Positions 20,080 through 28,051 of a DNA stretch of 64,000 nucleotides are shown one piece after another. Made by a program: the position numbers and the translations under genes. This DNA is from Polyangiales bacterium (GTDB taxonomy: Bacteria; Myxococcota_A; Polyangia; Polyangiales; Ga0077539), in contig JBGARZ010000008.1 of the NCBI GenBank assembly GCA_044229975.1, positions 1 to 64,000 on the forward strand, written 5' to 3'. The notes under the pieces are model-generated. The model saw nothing but the letters and a program-made list of their open reading frames with translations. It searched no databases and was not told where the DNA came from. Every line of letters begins with the position of its first letter. The stretch's first letter is position 1.

Positions 20080-20889
20080 ATGTCCAACTCGTTCATCGCC
20101 ACGCCGTCCGTCACCATCAACCCCTCCGCGATCGTCGCGGACCAGCTCCCCGACCCCGTCGTCGGGGACTTCGACGACGTCGTGCTCCACCGCGCCGCCG
20201 CCACGCAGATCGCCCGCGCCGACGTCATCCGGTGCACCATCGACGTCCGGCTCGCGGTCTACAACGCGGGCAACGCACGCGACGCGATCGTCGGCGCCCG
20301 CGACGCCATCGAGGCCAGCCGCTTCCCGCTCCAGTGGGAGCACGTCGACTCGCTCGACTCCCTCAGCCGCGCCCTCGTCTACATGACGGGTCGCGTCTCT
20401 GCCACGCCTCGCAATTCCAAGGAGCTCAGCGCCCAGTTGAAGGTCGGACGCCCGCTGCGAAAGCTCATGCTGGCGCACGCCCGCGCCGCCGCGATCGCCG
20501 GACGCTGCCCCGCGGCAGAGGTCAAGCGCATCGTGCAGGGTCGCGGCACCCTCGACACCGCCAACGACCTCGTCGACCTCGCCGCGCTCCACACGCAGTA
20601 CCGCCTCGTGGGCGAGACCGTCACCGACGCACAGGTCACCCTGGCCATGCAGGTCGGAACCTCCCTCCGCACACTCATCCGCCCCGTTGGCGCCCAGCTC
20701 GCGGTCCCGCTCACGACGACCCGGCGCGAGGCGCTCGATCTCCGCGACCGCCTCTGGACCATCTACCTCCAGCGCTACCGGATGATGGAGCGCGCCGGCG
20801 GCGCCGTGTGGGGCGGCGAGCTCCGCAAGCACGTCCCCGCCCTGCTCGCGCGCTTCGTCGCCCGCAAGAAGACCGCCCCCGCCACCTGA
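20080..20889 (+). CDS. Hypothetical helical protein (myxobacterial family of unknown function)
   Basis: GGAGG RBS at 20067-20071 before the ATG; GC3-rich codons; C-terminal LRDRLWT...VPAL. Confidence 0.75.
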   Translation: MSNSFIATPSVTINPSAIVADQLPDPVVGDFDDVVLHRAAATQIARADVIRCTIDVRLAVYNAGNARDAIVGARDAIEASRFPLQWEHVDSLDSLSRALVYMTGRVSATPRNSKELSAQLKVGRPLRKLMLAHARAAAIAGRCPAAEVKRIVQGRGTLDTANDLVDLAALHTQYRLVGETVTDAQVTLAMQVGTSLRTLIRPVGAQLAVPLTTTRREALDLRDRLWTIYLQRYRMMERAGGAVWGGELRKHVPALLARFVARKKTAPAT

Positions 20890-20934
20890 TTCCCCCCGTT
20901 GAGTCGACACCCGCCTGTCTGCCATGATGGGCGG

Positions 20935-21564
20935 GTGAACGACGGTCTCGCAGGTCGGTGCGGCAACTGCGCGCACTTCCACTCCACCCGCTGGGACCCC
21001 GAACGCAACACCATGGTCGGCGAGTGCGGCCACGGCACCTGGCCGCGGGTTCGCCCGGAGACGTCGTCCTGCCTGGACTACGTCGCCGAGGGGACGCTCC
21101 GCTTCGGCATCAACCGCGACCGCATCCGCGCGCCGCGGCCGACGACGACGCGCGCGACGACGACGACGACAGCACCGGCGCGGCGGGCGCCCATCGACAT
21201 CGAGGTAGACATGGACGAGGCGACGTTTCGCGCGGTGTTGCGGGAGGTCCTGCGGGACGAGCTGGCGCTGGGGGATGTCCCGATCGCGGAGCGGTTTCGC
21301 GGCGGGGAGATGGTGCTCAAGCCGGGGCGCGAGGGGACAGCGGAGAAGCGTGTTCCGCTGGAGTCGTTCTTCCACAAGATCGTGATGCTGCGCGACAAGC
21401 TCCGGGTGCTGGAGCAGAAGGTCAACGCCAACCCGAAGCTGAGCGACGACGAGAAGGTGACGCTCCAGCAGTACGTGTCGGGATGCTACGGGACGCTGAC
21501 GACGTTCAACGTGTTGTTCCGTGATGACGACGACAGGTTCCGCGGGTCGGGTGGTGAGGGATAG
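20935..21564 (+). CDS. Conserved hypothetical protein with an N-terminal Cys4 putative zinc-binding module
   Basis: CGNC...C...C, Thr-rich linker, C-terminal FFHKIVMLRDKLRVLEQK...YGTLTTFNVLF block. Confidence 0.75.
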   Translation: MNDGLAGRCGNCAHFHSTRWDPERNTMVGECGHGTWPRVRPETSSCLDYVAEGTLRFGINRDRIRAPRPTTTRATTTTTAPARRAPIDIEVDMDEATFRAVLREVLRDELALGDVPIAERFRGGEMVLKPGREGTAEKRVPLESFFHKIVMLRDKLRVLEQKVNANPKLSDDEKVTLQQYVSGCYGTLTTFNVLFRDDDDRFRGSGGEG

Positions 21565-22120
21565 ACCCGGGCGGGCGTGGCTCGCGGGCGTGATCGCGCT
21601 CGCGGCGTGCGCCCACCGCCCCGCGGCGGCACCGCGCGCGCTCACCGCGACGACGACCGCGCCCACGGCATCGGTCGACCTGCGCGACGTGACGTTGAGC
21701 GTCGACGCGGTGGGCGATCGTCGCGTGGACGTGGCGGCGCTGCGCGGCAAGGCCGTCGTGGTGGCGACGCTCTCCATCAACGACCTCGGCGGCCACGCGC
21801 TCGCCCGCAACCTCGAACGCCTCGCCGCCGCCCACCCCGACGACCTGGTGGTGCTGTTGTTGGCGACCGACGGCTACGACGCGCCGACGCTACGCACGGC
21901 GATGGAGGTCTTCGCGGACGTGATCGGGATTCGCCACGCGGCGGTCGCGGCGTTGCCCGCGGAGGTTCGCGCGGGGTCGACGCCCTTCGGCGAGATGACG
22001 CTTGAGCCGTCGGTGTACCTGGTCAACCGCGCGGGCCGGATGGCGCGGCGGCTGGACGGCTACCAGGGGCTCAGCGCGTTGCAGGCGCTGGTCGCGCCCG
22101 CGTTGCCGCCGGGGCACTGA
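21554..22120 (+). CDS. Lipoprotein with TlpA/thioredoxin-like fold lacking CxxC
   Basis: Lipobox LAAC; VDVAALRGKAVVV and PSVYLVNRAGRMARRLDG match redoxin framework motifs; start approximate. Confidence 0.65.
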   Translation: MRDRPGRAWLAGVIALAACAHRPAAAPRALTATTTAPTASVDLRDVTLSVDAVGDRRVDVAALRGKAVVVATLSINDLGGHALARNLERLAAAHPDDLVVLLLATDGYDAPTLRTAMEVFADVIGIRHAAVAALPAEVRAGSTPFGEMTLEPSVYLVNRAGRMARRLDGYQGLSALQALVAPALPPGH

Positions 22121-22126
22121 AATGGA

Positions 22127-22162
22127 AACAGCCGGTGAGCAGTGATGCTCAACCGGCTGTTG
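22127..22162. terminator. Hairpin between convergent units (probable tRNA terminator)
   Basis: aacagccggt-gagca / tgctc-a-accggctgtt inverted repeat with one bulge, immediately 3' of the tRNA. Confidence 0.65.
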
Positions 22163-22166
22163 TTTC

Positions 22167-22240
<74 letters not shown>

Positions 22241-22252
22241 AGCGGGAGACGG

Positions 22253-22281
22253 GGTGTACGCGACCCCTGGGGGGGTGTCAA
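22253..22281 (-). promoter_or_regulatory. Sigma70-type promoter of tRNA-Gly
   Basis: TTGACA (22281-22276), 17-nt spacer, TACACC (22258-22253), 12 nt upstream of the tRNA. Confidence 0.65.
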
Positions 22282-22303
22282 CAGTTTCGAACAAACTTCG
22301 TCA

Positions 22304-23863
22304 TCACTCGTAGCGGAGCCCTTCGACGGGCGTGAGCCGCGAGGCCCACCACGCGGGGATGAACGACGCCACGGCCGCGATGAGCATGGAGACGGCGCCC
22401 GTGAGAACGAACTCCGGGGCGCTCGGCCGCACCGGGACGGCGCTGATGAGATAGACCTGCGGGTCGAGGGGGAAGGGGTAGCGGGTGAGGAGCCAGCAGG
22501 TGAGGGCGCCGCAGCCGAGCCCGGCGAGGGTGCCGAGGCCGCCGACGGCGAGGCCCTGCGCGAGGAAGATGCGGAGGATGGACGACTCCGGGGCGCCCAT
22601 GGCCTTGAGGATGGCGATCTCGCGCTTGCGTTCGAGGACGACCATCACGAGCGTGGCGATGACGTTGAAGGCAGCGATCACGATGATGATCGTGATGACG
22701 AACGACAGCGCGAGCTTCTGGAGGGCGAGCGCGGTGAAGAGGTTGTGGTTGAGCGAGTCCCAGTCGAGGGTGTGGTAGGCGCCCCCGCCGAGAGACCGCT
22801 CGATGCGTCGACCGATGGCGCTGGCGCGCTCGATGTTGCGGACCTTCACCTCGACGCCGGTGACCGCGTCGCCCTGATCGAAGAAGCGCTGGGCCTGGAA
22901 GAGGTCGACGTAGACGAGGCGCGAGTCGTACTCGTCGAAGCCGGCGTTGAAGATGCCCACGACGCAGAAGTCGCGGGAGCGCGGCGTGGCGCCTTGCCGA
23001 ACGAGCGCGGCGTCGGCGCCCGTGAGGGGCGAGATGATGCTCACCGGGTTGCCGACGTGGACCTGCAGGTTGTTGGCGAGCGTCTGGCCGATGACCACGC
23101 CGGGGATCTGCACGCCGGGGCGGTTGCACTGGGCGACGGACTCGCGCTGCACTTCGAGCGCGAGCGCGGCGAGCGGATCGTTGTCGGACGGGCTCTCGGG
23201 CGGCGGGGCGTAGTCGGGCGTGGCACCCGGGGCGTAACGATCGGCGGGCGCGACGAGGGGCGGAGGCGCCGGAGCGGGTGTCGGCGCGGGATCGGGCGCC
23301 GCGAGGAGCGGGTCGTTGGTGGAGGTGGGCAGCGCGAGCGGGCGTTGGAGGTCGTTGCGTGCGCGGGTGATGAAGTCGTCGAGGGTGGCGTCGCGGCGGG
23401 CGCTCGGGAGCTCGGCGACGACCGAGGGGGCCTGCGAGTTGAGGGGACGGAGCCCGCGGAGGGAGCCCTGAACAAGGTAGGTGGGGAGATCGAGCACCTG
23501 GCCGAGGAGGTCGGGGTCGACGCCTTTGACGAGCACACCGGACACGTGTGTCCCGTTGGTGATCATCATCGGGTTGATGAGAAACGGCGCTGCCCCGGTG
23601 ACGCCCGGCGTGGCGCGAACGGTGGCCATGACCTCGCGGTACTCGGAGAAATCCCAGCCGTACTTCAGGACGAGCACGTGGGCGTTGACGCCCAGCACCT
23701 TGCTGCGAAACGACTCCTGGAAGCCCGACGTGATGGCGAGCACGGCCGACAGCGCCCACACGCCGAGGGCGATGCCGACGATGGCGATGACGCCGATGAT
23801 GGAGACGAAGGCGCGGCGGCGCGCCCGGAGGTAGCGACCGGCGATCTGGAGGGCAAAGTCCAC
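22304..23863 (-). CDS. Lipoprotein-releasing ABC transporter permease (LolC/E, MacB/FtsX family)
   Basis: AGRYLRARRRAFVSII, GIALGVWALSAVLAITSGF, AAFNVIATLVMVVLERKREIAILKAMGA, PVEGLRYE; start either GTG 23863 or 23899. Confidence 0.9.
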   Translation of the reverse strand: MDFALQIAGRYLRARRRAFVSIIGVIAIVGIALGVWALSAVLAITSGFQESFRSKVLGVNAHVLVLKYGWDFSEYREVMATVRATPGVTGAAPFLINPMMITNGTHVSGVLVKGVDPDLLGQVLDLPTYLVQGSLRGLRPLNSQAPSVVAELPSARRDATLDDFITRARNDLQRPLALPTSTNDPLLAAPDPAPTPAPAPPPLVAPADRYAPGATPDYAPPPESPSDNDPLAALALEVQRESVAQCNRPGVQIPGVVIGQTLANNLQVHVGNPVSIISPLTGADAALVRQGATPRSRDFCVVGIFNAGFDEYDSRLVYVDLFQAQRFFDQGDAVTGVEVKVRNIERASAIGRRIERSLGGGAYHTLDWDSLNHNLFTALALQKLALSFVITIIIVIAAFNVIATLVMVVLERKREIAILKAMGAPESSILRIFLAQGLAVGGLGTLAGLGCGALTCWLLTRYPFPLDPQVYLISAVPVRPSAPEFVLTGAVSMLIAAVASFIPAWWASRLTPVEGLRYE

Positions 23864-23968
23864 CGCGCGCTGTGTACTCCGGGTGCGCGCGGGTGCCAAC
23901 TGCGACGGCCGTCAGCGTGGGAGCACGACGGCGTGGTGATCGGGGGGCGCGGACGGTAGAGTGCGGGC

Positions 23969-25579
23969 GTGTCTCGCTTGCTTTGCGTTGTCGCGGTGGC
24001 CCTCGCCGCGTGTTCAAGCGCCCCGATGAGTGTGGTTCCGGCGGATGCGGGTGTGGTCAGCGACCGCGCGGCGCCGACGTGCTCGGTGCGCTTCGAGGGG
24101 GAGCCGACGGTTCGCCTTCGCACCAGTGAGCACCACGTGCTGCGAATGGCGGTCACGCCGCCGACGGCCGGGATGAGCGTGCGCGTGGGCGTGGTGGGCG
24201 TCGGGCTCGACTCGTCGCTCGCCAACACGCAGCTCACGACGGGCCCCGACGGGACGGCCGAGACGGAGCTCACGGCGTCGACGGACAGCGCGACGTTTCG
24301 GGTACGCGCGACGGCGGCGTGCGGTGCGGAGGCGTCCGTCGAGGTGGCCGTGGGCGACCGGGGCTTTGGTGCGCTGGCGGCCGACGCGGTGTACCGCGGG
24401 TCGCGCTCGCCGACGCGCCTGGAGCTGGGCGTCGTGGCGGGCACGGCGTGCCCGGCGACGGTCGACGACCCGATGCGTCGGACGCCGTTGATGCCCCCGG
24501 GTGGCGTGGTGCGCTTCGGCTCGTTGCCCGCCGACCTGACGTTCACGGTGTGGGCCGAGGCGATGGGCGACGACGGCGCCGTGCTCGCGCGCGGGTGCGC
24601 TGCGCCGCAGACAGTGCACGTCGGCGAGGAGTCGATGGCGTCGGTGCTCTTCGTCGATCGGCCGTTGCGCCTCGACGACCGCTACACGCTCGACCTGGAG
24701 CTCGACCTGGCGGCGACGGCGACGGACCTTCGCGCGCGATGGACCGCGCCGGTGCGCCGCGACGTGATGGCGTCGGGGTCGACCGCGGGATACGTCGCCC
24801 GGGAGGTGTCGCGCGCCGTGGCGGCGGCGAGCGGATCGTCCGACGGTGGCGTGGCGTTGCAGATGGCCTTCGAGGCCGCCCTGCGAGCGGGCCTCGGGGC
24901 GCGCTTCGACGCCGAGGTGAGCCGCCGGGGGTTGTTGCTGGAGGACAGCTTCGACGACCTCGCGGACACCACCGCGCAGGCGCTCGGCAATGTTCGTTGG
25001 CGGGTGGTGGTTGCGGCCAACGCTGCGGGCGACGCCACCGCGCTGGTCGACTCGGACGTGACGGTCGACCCGGGTACGCCCGACGTCGCGCGTGACGACA
25101 CCGAGGTCGCGTTGGCGCCCGAAGGCACGGCGGCCATCTCGGTGGGCACCGGCGACATCGTGACGGTGACGCTGAACAACGCCGGGTTGCCGTGGACGCG
25201 GGTAGCCCGGGGCGCGCTTGGGGCGGTGACGAGCCGTCTCGGCGCGTCGACCACGGGCGAGTACGCCGCGGCGTCGCTCTGCCCGGTGGCCGCGACGATG
25301 CTGCGCGACGCGACAGGGGTTTGCGACGCGAGCTGCATCCAGAGCGCTTGTCGACGAGCGGTCGACGAGCTGGCGCGGGTCTTCGATGGTGAGGTCGCGA
25401 GCCAGCTCGCGGGGCGTTCGGAGACGACCTTTCGTATGGCGGCGGTGGCGACCGCGGAGGCGCACTCGCTGGTCATCGACCGCGCGCAGGGCATGACCGC
25501 CGGGAGATGGACCGCGGACGAGTCGGCGACACTGGGTGGGCGCTGGACGTTGCGGCGAGTCGGGTCTCCGGCTCGTTAG
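23969..25579 (+). CDS. Hypothetical lipoprotein (Ig-like N-terminus, Cys-containing)
   Basis: Lipobox LAAC; TTGPDGTAETEL Big-domain-like segment; several Cys residues. Confidence 0.7.
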   Translation: MSRLLCVVAVALAACSSAPMSVVPADAGVVSDRAAPTCSVRFEGEPTVRLRTSEHHVLRMAVTPPTAGMSVRVGVVGVGLDSSLANTQLTTGPDGTAETELTASTDSATFRVRATAACGAEASVEVAVGDRGFGALAADAVYRGSRSPTRLELGVVAGTACPATVDDPMRRTPLMPPGGVVRFGSLPADLTFTVWAEAMGDDGAVLARGCAAPQTVHVGEESMASVLFVDRPLRLDDRYTLDLELDLAATATDLRARWTAPVRRDVMASGSTAGYVAREVSRAVAAASGSSDGGVALQMAFEAALRAGLGARFDAEVSRRGLLLEDSFDDLADTTAQALGNVRWRVVVAANAAGDATALVDSDVTVDPGTPDVARDDTEVALAPEGTAAISVGTGDIVTVTLNNAGLPWTRVARGALGAVTSRLGASTTGEYAAASLCPVAATMLRDATGVCDASCIQSACRRAVDELARVFDGEVASQLAGRSETTFRMAAVATAEAHSLVIDRAQGMTAGRWTADESATLGGRWTLRRVGSPAR

Positions 25580-25582
25580 CCG

Positions 25583-26023
25583 ATGGACGCGGCCTCGCTC
25601 GCGGCGCTGCGCCTCTCCGTGGAGGTGAGCCTCCGCGCGGCGAGCGTGGACCTACGGCAGAGGCAGGACGACCTCGCGGAGGCGGAGGCGGAGGTCCATC
25701 GCCGCAAAGAGGCGCTGCGAGCGGTACAGGCCGAGCACAGTCAGTGGCACGCGAGTGTCACAGCCATGGAGGGGCGTACGTTGTCAGTGGCAGAGCTGCG
25801 AGAACACGTGCGTCGGGGTGCGGCCCTGGCAGCGCGCGAGGTGGAGGCGACGCGGGTCAGTGAGGCTGCACAGGCGATCGTCGCGCGGAGGGCCAGCCGC
25901 GTCGAGGAGGCTCGACGGGAGGTAGGGACCCAGTTGGCACGACAGCGTTGGGTCGACGCCTCCATGGAGCGAGGCGCCTTGGAGGCGGCGAAGCAGGCCG
26001 CGCGTCGTGAGGACGAAGAGTAG
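25583..26023 (+). CDS. Coiled-coil protein, FliJ/YscO-like
   Basis: 146-aa all-helical A/E/R-rich protein ending in ARREDEE, matching FliJ/SctO in size and pattern. Confidence 0.55.
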   Translation: MDAASLAALRLSVEVSLRAASVDLRQRQDDLAEAEAEVHRRKEALRAVQAEHSQWHASVTAMEGRTLSVAELREHVRRGAALAAREVEATRVSEAAQAIVARRASRVEEARREVGTQLARQRWVDASMERGALEAAKQAARREDEE

Positions 26024-26569
26024 GGGCGGTTCCCATGACATCGGTGTCGTGGTGGGCCACGACGGTTTCAGGGTGCGGAGAGCAAACCCGTTGCCTGACT
26101 CATCCGTCCCGCGAACGCAATGCCCTTCTTGCGCAACAGGGGTTTACGGCGGCCGATCGCGGACCCATCTATGACGAGCGCAACTGACTCACCCACCTGG
26201 AATCGTGGCCCGGCTTCTGCAACTGGAGGCGACTGACAGAGAACAACGCAACGGGTTGGGAATAGCCCCCCGATCTTGCGCGTAGGGTGCAGCGGCTCTC
26301 GGAAGTGAAGGTTTCCCGAGCTGAGCACGATTCAAGGAAGCTGCAACCAATCGGATGGCAGCCACGTAGATCGAAGGCACCGTCGGAGCGTCACAGCGTC
26401 GCTCCCATCAGTGGTGCAACCGCGTTTCAGATCCTTTCGATCCCCAACGTAACAACCGCCCGGAACTCCCTACCCGGCCGCGGTCACCTCGTTGGGGTTT
26501 CCTCGCTCATGGTGCCCCTGAAAAGGCTCCCCGGGCATCGCATGTGTAGGGCACCGAGCAGAGGTCATC

Positions 26570-27976
26570 ATGGCGAAGCAGTCATCGGCCAAGGTCTCTC
26601 ATTCCGTCTCCGCGACCGTCACGTCTGCGGCGACCCATCACGTTGATTCGAACGATGCCACGTCCGAGCTCCTTGAGCCGCAGGTCGTGATCACGTCCAT
26701 GCCCAACGCCGAACCCACGGAGTCCGAGCTCGTCGAGGCGGCCGCGGACGCTGCTGTCGCCTCGAAGGACGACGTCGCCGAGGGCTCGCTGTCTCGCTAC
26801 TTCCGCGACATGTCGGCCTTCCCGGTGATGACACCGGTGTTGGAGGTGAAGGCTGCGGAGGAGTTCCTGGCGGGTGAGATCGATCGTTGGCGCGCGGTGT
26901 TTTCGTATCCGCCGGCCATCGAGCTCGTGGCCCCGAAGGTCGAGGCCGCCCTCGCGGCGTTGGCCGAGCCCGTGGTGCTGCCCGAGTTCGAGAAGCTCCG
27001 GAAGCTCGTGAAGCTCTACCGGAAGAACCGCTCGAAGCTCGACCGCGTGTCCGTCAAGAAGTGGGAGTCCACCCTCGACGTGCTCGCACCGCAGCTCCGC
27101 GCGCTCGACGCCGACCGCCTCTTCATCGAGTCGGTCGACCATGAACTGAGCCGCTTCGCGCGCGGCGCCAACGACGACGACGACCTCGAGGACGAGGAGT
27201 TCGAGTCGGGCCAGGTGCTTTCTACCGGGTTCTGCAAGTACCTCTCGGTGGTCAGCGCGGCCCGGGCGCGCGTCTACAAGGTGAAGAACCGCTTCGTCGC
27301 GGCCAACCTCCGCCTCGTGGTGTCCATCGCGCGTCGGTACAACCGCGGCCGCATGCCGCTCATCGACCTGATCCAGGAGGGCAACCTCGGGCTCATCAAG
27401 GCCGTCGAGCGCTTCGACCACCTGCGCGGCTACCGCTTCAGCACGTACGCGAGCTGGTGGATTCGCCACGCGATCTCGCGCGCCCTCGCGGACAAGGGTC
27501 GGTCCGTGCGCATCCCGGTGCACATGCTCGACACCTACAACCGGGTGCAGCGCACCACCCAGCAGCTCGCCGCGCGCCTCGGACGCGAGCCCTCCATGGA
27601 GGAGGTCTCCGCCGAGACGGGCATCACCCGCGAGAAGCTGGAGCGCATCCAGAAGGACTGGGCTGAGACCCCGTTCTCCCTGGACAAGCCCGTCAACGAT
27701 GAGGACGGCCGCCGCTTCATCGACATGCTCGAAGACGACAAGGTCGTGTCGCCCCTGGAGCATGTGCTGACCCAGAGCTGGTCGAGCGAGGTGCACCGCC
27801 TGCTCGACACCCTGTCGCCCATGGAGGCCCGCATCCTCCGCTGGCGCTTCGGCCTCGACGACGAGGAGGAGCTCACGCTCAAGGAGATCGGCGACAAGTA
27901 CAACCTGTCGCGCGAGCGCATCCGCCAGCTCCAGGAGCAGGCGCTCAACAAGATGCGCAAGCAGATCCGCGAGTAA
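26570..27976 (+). CDS. RNA polymerase sigma70 factor, RpoD/RpoS-like family, probably an alternative sigma
   Basis: Region 1.2 SLSRYFRDM; region 2 ANLRLVVSIARRY, DLIQEGNLGLIKAVERFD, FSTYASWWIRHAI; region 4 TLKEIGDKYNLSRERIRQLQEQAL. Confidence 0.93.
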   Translation: MAKQSSAKVSHSVSATVTSAATHHVDSNDATSELLEPQVVITSMPNAEPTESELVEAAADAAVASKDDVAEGSLSRYFRDMSAFPVMTPVLEVKAAEEFLAGEIDRWRAVFSYPPAIELVAPKVEAALAALAEPVVLPEFEKLRKLVKLYRKNRSKLDRVSVKKWESTLDVLAPQLRALDADRLFIESVDHELSRFARGANDDDDLEDEEFESGQVLSTGFCKYLSVVSAARARVYKVKNRFVAANLRLVVSIARRYNRGRMPLIDLIQEGNLGLIKAVERFDHLRGYRFSTYASWWIRHAISRALADKGRSVRIPVHMLDTYNRVQRTTQQLAARLGREPSMEEVSAETGITREKLERIQKDWAETPFSLDKPVNDEDGRRFIDMLEDDKVVSPLEHVLTQSWSSEVHRLLDTLSPMEARILRWRFGLDDEEELTLKEIGDKYNLSRERIRQLQEQALNKMRKQIRE

Positions 27977-28010
27977 GCGCTCCCCTTCGCGCCAACCGTC
28001 CGACGAGCCG

Positions 28011-28040
28011 GGGACCCCTTCGATCGACGAAGAGGGTCCC
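28011..28040. terminator. Hairpin between convergent sigma and ptsI genes
   Basis: gggacccc-ttcg / cgaa-gagggtccc inverted repeat. Confidence 0.65.
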
Positions 28041-28051
28041 TGCTCCCTTTT

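Noticed and set aside
26080..26160. c-di-GMP-I riboswitch suggested by GCAAACC
   Set aside because: The following GNRA-capped stem and GACGCAAAGC-like element are absent.
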